IMG/VR virus record: IMGVR_UViG_3300000318_000002
Location: 1-64,000 of that record
Strand: one strand, 5' to 3'
DNA length: 64,000 nucleotides
Source: a virus
Position numbers and translations under genes: made by a program. Of this stretch, positions 19,728 to 29,256 are shown piece by piece. Under the pieces are notes generated by a model. It was not told the DNA's origin, did not search any database, and was given only the letters and a program-made list of their open reading frames with translations. How positions within the stretch are numbered: the stretch's first letter is position 1; the number at the start of each line of letters is the position of its first letter.

Positions 19728-20045
19728 ATGTTCATGAATTTAAAATCAGTATTAAGGAGTTCTAAAATGTTCGGTAAAAAAAAGGCAATTGATGAATTTA
19801 AAGAAATTGAAAAAATTGAAGAAATCCGATATGCCGGAGAGATTGAACGATTACAACCATATGCTTTTTGGTTTAGCGATTCAATAAATAAAGAATTATT
19901 ATCTATAGCCGAAAAAGGGAAATCTTTACCTACAATTTTAAAAGTAAAATATCCATTCGGAGATAGTAAGGGCAATATTGGAATGTACCGTGAATTACAA
20001 GTTATTGTAGATCCCAATATGCAAGAACTTATAAAATTAGAGTAA
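19728..20045 (+). CDS. hypothetical protein (start uncertain)
   Basis: Last ORF before the terminator. Confidence 0.45.
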   Translation: MFMNLKSVLRSSKMFGKKKAIDEFKEIEKIEEIRYAGEIERLQPYAFWFSDSINKELLSIAEKGKSLPTILKVKYPFGDSKGNIGMYRELQVIVDPNMQELIKLE

Positions 20046-20074
20046 AAAGAAACCGGCTAAATGCCGGTTTCTTT
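20046..20074. terminator. bidirectional intrinsic terminator
   Basis: AAAGAAACCGGC-TAAAT-GCCGGTTTCTTT between convergent genes. Confidence 0.85.
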
Positions 20075-20097
20075 ATTTTAACTATTCATATTTACGA

Positions 20098-21225
20098 TTA
20101 TTCGCTACCCGCCTTAAAGTTATAAATAGGTTTAATCATTTCAACAATATCAACGGTTTCTTTAATATTTTCAAGAATGATTTTTTTATCTTTATACGCT
20201 CCAGGAGCCTCATCAAGAGTTTCAACCGTTGCCGTCGTTGTATAAATTCCAGCTTCAGACATCTGTTTTTTAAATTCATCAATAGATAGTTGTTGTCTTG
20301 CCTGTACTCTACTAAGAATTCTTCCCGCTCCATGAGGTGCTGAATAATTATACTTTGCGGAACCCTTCCCGATGCAAACGGCTATTCCATCTCGCATATT
20401 AAAAGGGATTATTACCTTTTGACCCTCATGCGCCGGAGTAGCACCCTTACGGATAATCATATCTTCCCCAATAAAATTGTGAATAGATTCAATTTCTCCT
20501 TCTGGGTCAGTACCGATGAAAGATATTATCCTTCTCATAATTTCCGCCCTATTCAATGACGCAAATCTTTGCGCTACAAACAAGTCCTCCAGATAGTTTT
20601 TGCAATCAGCACTTTCCGACAACATAAACTCAAGATCTTTGTATTGATTTTTAATAAAATATTTCTTAAGATTTTCTTTTGCCTTCTGTTGATAATAATT
20701 TGCTATCCTAAGCCCAAAATTTCTACTCCCAGAGTGAATTGTAACCCATAATTTATTTTTAGAATCATATCCTGCTTCAATAAAATGGTTTCCTCCTCCG
20801 AGAGAACCAATCGCTTTTAATGCCTTTTCAGAATCAATTTTTATTTTCTTACAAACATTTTTAATATCTACTTCTTGATCGATATTACCTTTTTGGGAAT
20901 CTTTATTTATATTAAATCCAGAAGGTATGTTCTCTTTAATAAACAAATCGAACTTTTCGACGTCGATCAATGATTCATTAAATCGCGCCGAAAGCATCCC
21001 ACACCCGATATCAACTCCAATGATATTTGGAATAACATATCCATTTATTTTCATGGTAAAACCGATCACCGCCCCTTTACCGGAATGGCAGTCAGGCATA
21101 ATTGCTATATAGGTTTTCCCGAATGCGGGATGATTTAAAAAACCTTGTATTTGATCTTTTGTTGTCAAATCTATTTCATCAATCATAATATTCGCAGTGT
21201 TATATTTACCTTCCATTTGGATCAT
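20098..21225 (-). CDS. rtcB: RtcB family RNA ligase
   Basis: MPDCHSG, GVDIGCG, GGGNHFIE, HSGSR, HNF, RKGA, PHGAGR, DEAPGAYK. Confidence 0.95.
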   Translation of the reverse strand: MIQMEGKYNTANIMIDEIDLTTKDQIQGFLNHPAFGKTYIAIMPDCHSGKGAVIGFTMKINGYVIPNIIGVDIGCGMLSARFNESLIDVEKFDLFIKENIPSGFNINKDSQKGNIDQEVDIKNVCKKIKIDSEKALKAIGSLGGGNHFIEAGYDSKNKLWVTIHSGSRNFGLRIANYYQQKAKENLKKYFIKNQYKDLEFMLSESADCKNYLEDLFVAQRFASLNRAEIMRRIISFIGTDPEGEIESIHNFIGEDMIIRKGATPAHEGQKVIIPFNMRDGIAVCIGKGSAKYNYSAPHGAGRILSRVQARQQLSIDEFKKQMSEAGIYTTTATVETLDEAPGAYKDKKIILENIKETVDIVEMIKPIYNFKAGSE

Positions 21226-21400
21226 GTTGTCTCCCCTTTTTTCCCTTTGATATTTCAACAATTTTATATTTATCTGCTTTATTTTCAATTTCCAACAAAT
21301 GATAAATATAATTTGCTGTTATAAGATCCACCGATTCGCCGCGCAAAGAAAAATATTGTGCAAAGTCCCCGATATCGTTAATTACATTATAAAGTGTCAT
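21206..21400 (-). CDS. hypothetical protein
   Basis: 64-aa ORF with GAGG RBS. Confidence 0.45.
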   Translation of the reverse strand: MTLYNVINDIGDFAQYFSLRGESVDLITANYIYHLLEIENKADKYKIVEISKGKKGRQHDPNGR

Positions 21401-21429
21401 AAGTACACCTCACGTAAATTAAATCGCTA

Positions 21430-21594
21430 TCACCAAACCGTATACACCAAAACTCCTATTATAACCAATAAAGTAAAAATCAGTTTAGCCGAAAAAAGAC
21501 TATCTTCTTCTTTTAATTTTGATCCGCACAAAGGGCATTTTGTATAATTATTATCTTCTACCCAATAATTACATGATGTACAATGATAAATCAT
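21430..21594 (-). CDS. small zinc-ribbon membrane protein (54 aa)
   Basis: Manual translation MIYHCTSC...KCPLCG...LIFTLLVIIGVLVYTVW. Confidence 0.55.
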   Translation of the reverse strand: MIYHCTSCNYWVEDNNYTKCPLCGSKLKEEDSLFSAKLIFTLLVIIGVLVYTVW

Positions 21595-21613
21595 ACAAAT
21601 ACCTTTAACGTTG

Positions 21614-21772
21614 TCATTTTATACCTCTATTTTTATTCTTTGATGCCGCAGGTCTACCACCTTTTTTCCCGTTAATCCTAGAAGCAATAGCCTTTCGTTC
21701 ACTTTTTATTTTCCCAAGTTCTGAAAAAAAGACAGATAACTCTATTTCTTTATTGCAATGTGGACAATGCAT
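21614..21772 (-). CDS. small basic protein with CPHC and NGKKGGRP (AT-hook-like) motifs
   Basis: Manual translation MHCPHCNKEI...KSERKAIASRINGKKGGRP; GGAGG RBS and consensus promoter upstream. Confidence 0.65.
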   Translation of the reverse strand: MHCPHCNKEIELSVFFSELGKIKSERKAIASRINGKKGGRPAASKNKNRGIK

Positions 21773-21797
21773 ACTGTTATTACCTCCCAATAATAAC

Positions 21798-21826
21798 AGT
21801 ATAGCCTACCGGATAGGTTTTGTCAA
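21798..21826 (-). promoter_or_regulatory. sigma70-type promoter TTGACA-N17-TATACT
   Basis: Near-consensus; shares TTGACAAAACCTAT and TATACTGTTATTATTG with the promoter at 37564. Confidence 0.8.
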
Positions 21827-21877
21827 CATAAAAAAATAAAAAATTATATTTTTTGATATCGATATTAATTGCTTTTA

Positions 21878-22156
21878 TTACAATAAATTATTATTATCTT
21901 TAATAATAGAAAGTAGCCCAATAGTTATTCCTTGGACTTGCTTTTCGGATAAATTCAAATTTAATTTATCTGAAATAAAATGTAGCTGTTCATGTAAAAT
22001 TGTTTCATATTTAACTTGTTCGGGTAATTCGTTAAAAATTAAAATTTTGCATTGATCAGAAAAACACTTCCCGACAGAATCACCACCAATTAAATCTTTC
22101 TCAAATATAATATTAACATCAAAAGAAAGAATTTTTTTAATGGATACTCTTTTCAT
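21878..22156 (-). CDS. small HExxH zincin-like protein
   Basis: ETILHEQLH...E..V. Confidence 0.65.
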   Translation of the reverse strand: MKRVSIKKILSFDVNIIFEKDLIGGDSVGKCFSDQCKILIFNELPEQVKYETILHEQLHFISDKLNLNLSEKQVQGITIGLLSIIKDNNNLL

Positions 22157-22377
22157 CTTTTATTAATTTTTTTATAATGTCTTCTTATTGTACTTTCATC
22201 AACTCCGCACACGTCAGCTATATCGCAAAACGTTAATCTGGGATAATGGTTTTTAAGTGCATATTCAATTTTTGCATTAAATTCAATTTTTTTATAATTT
22301 ATATTACTTTTAGATTCTAATTGTTTAATAAAATCAGTATCAATATTTACTTCTGTTACCGATGTTTTTGTTTCCAT
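22153..22377 (-). CDS. helix-turn-helix protein
   Basis: TFCDIADVCGVDESTIRRH. Confidence 0.7.
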   Translation of the reverse strand: METKTSVTEVNIDTDFIKQLESKSNINYKKIEFNAKIEYALKNHYPRLTFCDIADVCGVDESTIRRHYKKINKR

Positions 22378-23138
22378 TAAATCCTCTCGTAAGATTGTTT
22401 TAAATTAACTTTATAAATATGTTTCGTAAAATCTAAGACCTTCCCATTATCTACAACCATTTCACAAAATCCTACATTATAAAATCCTCCGGACATCCTT
22501 CTTGGATAACGATCATAATCCGCATTCCCTATTTTTAACGCCGGTAATGTCATCACTGTTGTATCTACATCGGATACCGATCTATATTCATGGACGTGCC
22601 CTCGAATAATATAATCCGCTTTTTCAACACCCTCAGGTTCAGACATTAATTTGTTCCAAATAAGTTGTTTCCGCAACATAATGTCGCCGCCAACGGGAGT
22701 AGATGTTTTCCCAATAGTATGTTGCATATTGAATTTAACGCCATCGACATCTATCTTTCTCATCCATGAAATCCCAAAATCTCCCATTTTTTCTGCAATT
22801 GTTTTTTCAAAATCGATATTTCCGGTGCTAACATGATATGGAGTCCCATAACAAAAAATATGTTTTTTAGCATTTGCGCTTTTTAATACCTTTATACAAT
22901 TTTCTTGTTGTTCGGAAATATCCGGCAATCTTAGAAACCCAGAATCTTTTGTATCTGGTCCTTCAATACAATCTCCCAAATGCAACATTACATCATATTC
23001 TGATTTTTTTGTGGTCATCCACCAATTCCAAAATGGAGTCATAATCTCATCAATTTTTTTTTCATTCGGATAATCAGGATGGGTCATCCCCATTAAATGT
23101 CCGGAATGATTATCCGAAAGTAAAATAATTTTAGTCAT
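22377..23138 (-). CDS. calcineurin-like metallophosphoesterase
   Basis: SDNHSG, LGDCIEG, GTPYH, RGHVH. Confidence 0.85.
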   Translation of the reverse strand: MTKIILLSDNHSGHLMGMTHPDYPNEKKIDEIMTPFWNWWMTTKKSEYDVMLHLGDCIEGPDTKDSGFLRLPDISEQQENCIKVLKSANAKKHIFCYGTPYHVSTGNIDFEKTIAEKMGDFGISWMRKIDVDGVKFNMQHTIGKTSTPVGGDIMLRKQLIWNKLMSEPEGVEKADYIIRGHVHEYRSVSDVDTTVMTLPALKIGNADYDRYPRRMSGGFYNVGFCEMVVDNGKVLDFTKHIYKVNLKQSYERI

Positions 23139-23168
23139 AAATATCCTTTAAATTCAAAAATTCTGATT

Positions 23169-23642
23169 TTAAACATTTATTGTTTCATGCTGAATATATT
23201 TCAATGACTGAAAATCATGATGGTCAATCATTAACCGCTCAAAAATATTCTTCCACTTTTCACCACGAATGCGCATGTTAAATATACGTTTATACCATGG
23301 GCAATTAATATAAACAATCTTTATATTAAACCTCTTTTGGATAATATCGTTTTCAAGTAAATATAAAATGCCAGGAGGATCTATTATATAAAAATCAGCA
23401 TCAAATAAATCATTTGAAGAAACCCAATATTCGTTTTTCCCGCGTTTTGTGTACGCAACAAAATCCTTCCTATAGTCTTCACATACTATTTTATGAAAGT
23501 GTTTGTGTACTCCATTAATTTCGCCATCTCTTTTCGGACGTGTAGTATGGGAAATTACCATTTTACAACCAAAGATGTTTGTTAAATAATCTTTTCCAGA
23601 TCCTGATTTCCCACAAACCAAAGTAAGATTTTTTTTAATCAT
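23169..23642 (-). CDS. gmk: guanylate kinase-like nucleoside monophosphate kinase
   Basis: GKSGSGKD, SHTTRPKRDGEING..F, IIDPPG. Confidence 0.8.
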   Translation of the reverse strand: MIKKNLTLVCGKSGSGKDYLTNIFGCKMVISHTTRPKRDGEINGVHKHFHKIVCEDYRKDFVAYTKRGKNEYWVSSNDLFDADFYIIDPPGILYLLENDIIQKRFNIKIVYINCPWYKRIFNMRIRGEKWKNIFERLMIDHHDFQSLKYIQHETINV

Positions 23643-23651
23643 TTTCTTTCC

Positions 23652-24137
23652 TTACATCATCATTAAAAATTGTGCTTTTCGCATACAATTACGCGCATAT
23701 ATTCTTGATATTTTGGGATAAATTTTTCTATTGTGCCCAGAATTGTATTTGCAAAAACCTTCAAAGTAATCATTCTTTGCTGGTGTTTTTGATAGGCAAT
23801 ATTTTAAATATTTTGTTCCCGCAAGAATATTTTCATATTTAACCCACGGTGCAGCTTTATATCCTGCGGCGGTCGATGGCATCAATTGGCATATCCCCAA
23901 AGCCCCGGCAGACGAAACGGCTGAATTTGAAAAATTACTTTCAGAATGAATCTTTGAAAATTCGTATAGTTCATCAATTCCTGTTTGATAACAGGCTTGT
24001 TTTATCTGACAAAAAGTAGTCTGATCAAGTGCCGGATACAATTTGTGCATAGTTGAATAATCAACAACAATTCCTGAAGAAAAATTAAGAGAAACAATAC
24101 CTAAAAAAAATAATATTATTGTAAATATAAATTTCAT
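23652..24137 (-). CDS. SLT-domain lytic transglycosylase with N-terminal TM/signal segment
   Basis: ESNF..AVSSAGALGICQLMPSTA, ENILAGTKYL, YNSG. Confidence 0.9.
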   Translation of the reverse strand: MKFIFTIILFFLGIVSLNFSSGIVVDYSTMHKLYPALDQTTFCQIKQACYQTGIDELYEFSKIHSESNFSNSAVSSAGALGICQLMPSTAAGYKAAPWVKYENILAGTKYLKYCLSKTPAKNDYFEGFCKYNSGHNRKIYPKISRIYARNCMRKAQFLMMM

Positions 24138-25315
24138 TTTTTGACCTCTTTTAAAATTATAGAAAAAATATGAGAAATTACGTCAACAGTCCATGAATTC
24201 CCAACAGAGTGATATCGTCTTGAATTTGAAACGCAATCGGTATAATTATCTTTTAACGTTTGCAATCTTTCACATTCTACAGGAGTAAGTTTTCGCCAAG
24301 TTATTTTTTCTTCTGAGATTTTAGGCTCTTGATTCCCGCCGCAAATTGCAGTCAAACAGGGGCTTTTACCCTCCACCGAATAAACTCTTTTTATATTATC
24401 ATTACCTTTTATATCGGCAACTCCTATCTGTACGCATAAACTATCTTTTGTTAAACAATTAGATTTACCTGTTTCATTGACTTCAAGGCATTGTTCTGTA
24501 TCAATACCTGAAGTTCGATCAGATGGATGTTCGGGATTCCGACCGCGGAATGCTCCGCCGGTAATAATTAACTGTCTTTTCCCTTGTTCTAAATAACTTT
24601 TTTCATTACCGCCTTTAGCATAATTGGCATCAAGACAATAGGATTTTGTTCTATCGGTTACCCCTGTTTCTATAATATCTTGTAAAAATATCTTTTTATC
24701 TTTTGGTTGAGTAACTTCAGAGTCAAAAACAATAATATTATTTTCACTTTCAAATAAAGACTGAAAATAATTTCTTTTATTATCTTTATCAATTGATATT
24801 TGATAATTTTTACAATCAGTAATTTTTTTACAAATTATATAAATACGTTCTCTGTTTTGTGCTGAAACCAATGCCGAATTTATTATAATCCAGTCTACGG
24901 CATATCCTAAATAATTGAATTTTTTTAAAATAAACTTAAATGTATTACCATTATCAATTGATAAAAGTCCTTTTACATTTTCAAAAAATAAATCTTTTGG
25001 CTGATATTTTTCAATAACACTAAACATCGCATCAAGGATATCCCCGCCTCTTTTGTCTCCCAACCCTTTTCTTTTACCGGCATTAGAGTATGGCTGGCAA
25101 GGGAAGCCTCCAATAATTATATCAGGATGCTCAATATCCCATGTTTGGGAATAAAGTATTGATCCAAGCTGAATAGTATTCGGGTAATTTTTTTGTGTTA
25201 TTTTTATTGCGTAAGGATCTATTTCTGAAGCATAATACTTTTCAATAGGTATACCGGACCTTTCAAAAGCAACTTGACCTGCCGAAATACCATCAAAAAG
25301 AGATAATACCTTCAT
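24134..25315 (-). CDS. DNA (cytosine-5) methyltransferase
   Basis: VLSLFDG, GGFPCQ, FENV, QNRERIY, ECERLQ, GNS. Confidence 0.95.
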   Translation of the reverse strand: MKVLSLFDGISAGQVAFERSGIPIEKYYASEIDPYAIKITQKNYPNTIQLGSILYSQTWDIEHPDIIIGGFPCQPYSNAGKRKGLGDKRGGDILDAMFSVIEKYQPKDLFFENVKGLLSIDNGNTFKFILKKFNYLGYAVDWIIINSALVSAQNRERIYIICKKITDCKNYQISIDKDNKRNYFQSLFESENNIIVFDSEVTQPKDKKIFLQDIIETGVTDRTKSYCLDANYAKGGNEKSYLEQGKRQLIITGGAFRGRNPEHPSDRTSGIDTEQCLEVNETGKSNCLTKDSLCVQIGVADIKGNDNIKRVYSVEGKSPCLTAICGGNQEPKISEEKITWRKLTPVECERLQTLKDNYTDCVSNSRRYHSVGNSWTVDVISHIFSIILKEVKK

Positions 25316-25512
25316 TTTTTTTCATACTCAGAAAAAGCTTTTAAAATTTCATTAACCGTTAAATTTTGCATTTTTGATGGATGAAGTTTACACCAAAGCA
25401 TAAAACGCCCCGCCGATTCAAGAGTAAAAAAAGCTTTTTCATTCATCAAAATAGCATGTATCCGCTTTTCAAGCGTCTCTTCGGATATCCATATAGGAAG
25501 TGGTTTTATCAT
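25312..25512 (-). CDS. hypothetical protein (start uncertain)
   Basis: ATGA overlap with the methyltransferase start; GGGAG before ATG 25512. Confidence 0.45.
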   Translation of the reverse strand: MIKPLPIWISEETLEKRIHAILMNEKAFFTLESAGRFMLWCKLHPSKMQNLTVNEILKAFSEYEKK

Positions 25513-25699
25513 GTTCCGTACTCCCATTGTGTTTTTTATAGTCGTTAACATAAAATCCTGCTCCATTAAATTTAATACTAGGTTTTGAAAAAAGCCTTCT
25601 CATTTTCCCTTTACAAAGTGGACAAGTTTGATTTTTAACATTTACAGGATCCTCATGCTCGTATCCACATCCGTCACATTTAAAATCTGCCATATTCAT
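25469..25699 (-). CDS. FmdB family zinc-ribbon protein
   Basis: FKCDGCG...CPLC..MRRLFS.P.IKFNGAGFYVNDY. Confidence 0.85.
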   Translation of the reverse strand: MNMADFKCDGCGYEHEDPVNVKNQTCPLCKGKMRRLFSKPSIKFNGAGFYVNDYKKHNGSTEHDKTTSYMDIRRDA

Positions 25700-25700
25700 T

Positions 25701-25910
25701 TTATGATACCTGTTTAACGCATGGATAAGAGCCAATTTTTATAGGGGAATCGATTTTCCCAATATTCCGAGCAAGAGTATAACTTGATCCAGAACAATCA
25801 ACAAAATTATCCCCGTCTTTATAAAGACCAACTTTTTTACCGTCAGTATTCCATCTCTTTTTTATTCCATCCCACGAAACTATTAAGTAAATACCCTTAT
25901 AAATCGCCAT
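25701..25910 (-). CDS. hypothetical protein
   Basis: 69-aa ORF with RBS. Confidence 0.5.
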   Translation of the reverse strand: MAIYKGIYLIVSWDGIKKRWNTDGKKVGLYKDGDNFVDCSGSSYTLARNIGKIDSPIKIGSYPCVKQVS

Positions 25911-26054
25911 GAGGAAACCCTCTTTATGTTTGAAATTATAACAACCATAAATAACCTGTTTGAAATGTCAAATATATTTTTGACATTTTTCGCAAAAAAT
26001 AATAATCAGTTGACTTTAATATAAACCTTATATTTTATTTTTATGTGAGGTTTT

Positions 26055-26933
26055 ATGCAAAAAAATGATTTAATTGTTCAAAATAATGCTTTCCCCGATC
26101 TTTCTTTAATAGCAGAAAAATTACCCAAACTTTCTGAAGAAAGTAGAAAAACATATTCCTACGCAATGAATTCATTTAAACATTATTGCGAAAAAAATTC
26201 CGTTCCGATAGGGATAGACTCTCTTGTTGAATGGATTCAATCCATGGAAAACGGCAATACTCAAAAATGTTATCTTGCGGCAATAAAAAAAGTCATGCGT
26301 CAGCTTTTTAAATTTGATCCGCGTCTTCAAAATATTCTTTCAAGTCTTGAAGAAATTCATCCTGAAAAGAAAGATATGACGATTACCAGATCCAAATATC
26401 TAACAAAAGAAGAAATTTATCAACTTATTCACAAATCGCCTAAAAATCTATCGGCAATTATTGAAGTTATGTTTTGGACTGGATTCCGTGTTTCTTCAAT
26501 TTTGAACATTGAACTCGAAAAATGTACTTTTGTAGAGTCCGGATACTATGAAATCCGCGTCAAAGGTAAACGCAACAAAGAAAATACCGGGTTTATTGAC
26601 AAAAAACTTTACGACAAGTGTAAAAAACTTTTCAATGGCAAAAAATTTTTATTTGAACATAAAGAAAAAAAGTTCACAAGGGAATATATAAGCCGATCAA
26701 TAACGACTTTAGGTCGAAAAATACTCGATAAGAAAATTTCAGCGCATACTACCCGAAGATCCTTTGCTTGCTACCTGCTTTATGAGCGCGGCATTACTCT
26801 TGATAAAGTTCAAAAAGCAATGAATCATTCCAGTATAAATACCACTGCCATTTATTTATCCGGAAAAGCTACTCCGGAAGAAATAGGGATACCTGGACTA
26901 AAAAAAACAAGAAAAAATAAACCCGCCTGTTAA
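26055..26933 (+). CDS. tyrosine recombinase/integrase (Xer-like)
   Basis: TGFR, KGKRNK, AHTTRRSFA, MNHSS..TT.IY catalytic residues. Confidence 0.92.
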   Translation: MQKNDLIVQNNAFPDLSLIAEKLPKLSEESRKTYSYAMNSFKHYCEKNSVPIGIDSLVEWIQSMENGNTQKCYLAAIKKVMRQLFKFDPRLQNILSSLEEIHPEKKDMTITRSKYLTKEEIYQLIHKSPKNLSAIIEVMFWTGFRVSSILNIELEKCTFVESGYYEIRVKGKRNKENTGFIDKKLYDKCKKLFNGKKFLFEHKEKKFTREYISRSITTLGRKILDKKISAHTTRRSFACYLLYERGITLDKVQKAMNHSSINTTAIYLSGKATPEEIGIPGLKKTRKNKPAC

Positions 26934-26947
26934 AGCGGGTTTATTTT
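26914..26947. terminator. bidirectional intrinsic terminator
   Basis: AAAATAAACCCGC-N8-GCGGGTTTATTTT. Confidence 0.8.
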
Positions 26948-27191
26948 AGAAAACCTTCTCAGCGATAATCTGACGTCAATTGTTTTTTATATATTCTTTC
27001 AAGTGCAGCAAACCCCTGTTTTTTTATCGCGCGTTTTATCGCTTCTGTTTTTGGGACATCTTTAATCTGCTCATTCAAAAACATAAGCATATCAAACTTT
27101 ATACCATCGTAATTATCTTTTGTTATTCGCATAAATTTTAGCCCTTAAAAAAAGCGGGACTTTTATACCCCGCCTGACTTTGTTAGTCAGC

Positions 27192-27374
27192 CTATATCAT
27201 GCTATAATTTTTCATCGACCAGTCGTGACAAAACTGTTTAACGTCTTTGTCATCTGTAAAATTATAGCCATTGTAAAGAGGATTGATCTTGCGATCATGT
27301 CTTACGCCGTCAATGTAAAGATACCCGGCAGATGTTATTTTAACGCTCTTACCATTGATAATTGATGTTCTCAT
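27192..27374 (-). CDS. hypothetical protein
   Basis: 60-aa ORF with AGGAG RBS downstream of the promoter at 27444-27490. Confidence 0.55.
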   Translation of the reverse strand: MRTSIINGKSVKITSAGYLYIDGVRHDRKINPLYNGYNFTDDKDVKQFCHDWSMKNYSMI

Positions 27375-27443
27375 GTTGTTTCTCCTACCCGTCTGAGTGG
27401 GTTAGCCTCGTAATTTGTTTTGGTCTCTCTCAACCATATAAAT

Positions 27444-27490
27444 AATCTACTGCACGGGACTATTTTTGTCAACAATTTTTTTGACAAAAA
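27444..27490 (-). promoter_or_regulatory. promoter (TTGACA-N17-TAGATT) overlapped by TGTCAA-N8-TTGACA palindrome
   Basis: 27464-27490 is the exact reverse complement of 37546-37572. Confidence 0.65.
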
Positions 27491-27670
27491 TCTACTTTTT
27501 TATCTTTTTTTCGTAATTTTTATATCCTCAAACGTGCACCAACACAAAAAGATCAATCCCTCAATTTCACACAATCCGATATTATCATCTTTTACAGCAT
27601 ATATTTTGTATTTTTTGCCATTTGAGTATCCATATCCAATTGATTTCATAGACTACCTATTAAAATCCCC

Positions 27671-27988
27671 TCATTGTTCACTGATAAATTCCTCCAACTT
27701 CTTTAATACTTTTTTATCATAAATTTTTTTACTACGCACGGTCTTCGCCTCGCGCCATTTGGAATAAATAGAATTTTCTCCACAACTTTCAAGAGGACAT
27801 TTATTATATCTTCTTCTGAAATACCTAGGATAAGACGTTCTTTCAAAAAATAATTCGCAAAGAGGGCATTCATTTATAAATTTATTAACATTAACTGAAG
27901 TGCTCGACTTATACCTTGACCCCGATGCTGAAAGTTCCTTCTAAATCTGAATAGAAATTTTTAATGCTTTTATAAGTTTTTTATCCAC
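27671..27988 (-). pseudogene. Cys-rich phage gene with an in-frame TAG at codon 16
   Basis: GTG start with AGGAG RBS; MDKKLIKALKISIQI*KELSASG...ECPLCE...KCPLESC; TAG at 27941-27943. Confidence 0.6.
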
Positions 27989-28092
27989 TTTATTTCTCCT
28001 TTTATTTTTTTCCACAAACTGCCCTCTAAAATGCCCTCAGTCTGCTTAAAACGGCTTTATTTGGCTTCCAAAACCGCAAAACAACCCCTTAT

Positions 28093-28815
28093 CTACCCTA
28101 TAGCCTTTTGACCGTTTGTAGAAAGGAAAAGACGTGTATATTCATCCGAATACAGAAAATAAACAATTTCACCATTAAAATTCTTTTTATCAATGCTTTC
28201 CTTTTCCAAAAGACGGGCGATTGTCTCTTTTATCTGCTTTTCATCCAGATTAAAACAAATATCCATGATGCTATTATAATCCATGTATCGGTGTCCGACC
28301 CCTTCATCATATATCGCATTCAGGATTATATTTTCAAACCGGACCTTTTCTTCTTTTTCCGCGTAGAAGTCTTTTTCTTCAGACGGGCAATATTTATATT
28401 CAAGCTGTGCAGTAATTGCTCTTACTTTTGTTTTTGTGCAATGCTCTTCCATGAGATCCAATTCTTTTTGGTAATCAATTTTTTCAGCATGAGAAACAAC
28501 CGGCTTTTTAAGTGCCTGAAGACATTCATGTGAGAACCAATGCTTAAATGGTTTTGCTTTTTCTTTACGGCTGGAAAAGATTAAAGCAGTTAATCCAAAT
28601 TCATTTACAATTATTATAGGTTGCAATCCACCAGCCGTTTGTATCCGAATAGTCTTCTTATCTTCTTCATCAAGACGTTCAACAGCACGTGAAACATCTT
28701 TTATTTCTAAAGCTTCACAAATATCGGAAGCTACAAACCAATTAATATTTTCTTCATCCGTTATTTCTTGGATCTTTTTTGATCCAAAATTAAAAATTTG
28801 CAATTCATTATTCAT
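28093..28815 (-). CDS. BRO-N domain antirepressor-like protein
   Basis: LQIFNFG...WFVASDICEAL...VNEFGL.ALIFSSRKEKAKPFKHW. Confidence 0.88.
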   Translation of the reverse strand: MNNELQIFNFGSKKIQEITDEENINWFVASDICEALEIKDVSRAVERLDEEDKKTIRIQTAGGLQPIIIVNEFGLTALIFSSRKEKAKPFKHWFSHECLQALKKPVVSHAEKIDYQKELDLMEEHCTKTKVRAITAQLEYKYCPSEEKDFYAEKEEKVRFENIILNAIYDEGVGHRYMDYNSIMDICFNLDEKQIKETIARLLEKESIDKKNFNGEIVYFLYSDEYTRLFLSTNGQKAIG

Positions 28816-28973
28816 TTGTTTTCCTCTTTTTGTTGAGATTTTTCAAATTCTGCAATTTCTTTTTTACAAGCTCTTGCAATTATTCTACTTCTTGACCGAT
28901 CTTCAATCATCGCCATTTTCTCCAGCGAGGCAACTACCTCATCTTCAAAATAAACAGTAATCATTTTTGCCAT
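28812..28973 (-). CDS. CopG/ribbon-helix-helix DNA-binding protein (53 aa)
   Basis: Manual translation MAKMITVYFEDEVVASLEKMAMIEDRSRSRIIARAC; AGGAG RBS; ATGA overlap with BRO gene. Confidence 0.75.
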   Translation of the reverse strand: MAKMITVYFEDEVVASLEKMAMIEDRSRSRIIARACKKEIAEFEKSQQKEENK

Positions 28974-29051
28974 TTTATTTCTCCTTTACAGTTAAAGAAA
29001 TATATAGACGTTTTTTATGTCAAGTTATTTTATTTTTTTATATGTTTTAGT

Positions 29052-29102
29052 ATTATATCCTCATAGGGTACGATTTCAAATCGTACCCTATGAGGATATA
29101 AT
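29052..29102. repeat. perfect 25-bp inverted repeat with 1-nt centre (51-bp palindrome)
   Basis: ATTATATCCTCATAGGGTACGATTT-C-AAATCGTACCCTATGAGGATATAAT. Confidence 0.95.
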
Positions 29103-29256
29103 GGTTTGCAATAGTGTTTAAAATAATAAATTTTTAAGTAAATAGTAACTAAAAATCAATATTTTATCAGGATTTTACTCTCTTCCGGCATTAAAACAGT
29201 TCCCTATCAAATACCAATACATAGTTTCTTCTATATAAGCAAATTACAAAAACCGA

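Noticed and set aside
26055-26933. Prophage boundary or att site at the recombinase
   Set aside because: Phage genes continue on both sides; no host genes or duplicated tRNA end seen
18284-27943. Stop-codon reassignment suggested by two in-frame stops
   Set aside because: The two stops differ (TAA, TAG), conserved genes are uninterrupted, and TAG terminates normal genes (e.g. 1346, 13667, 28093)
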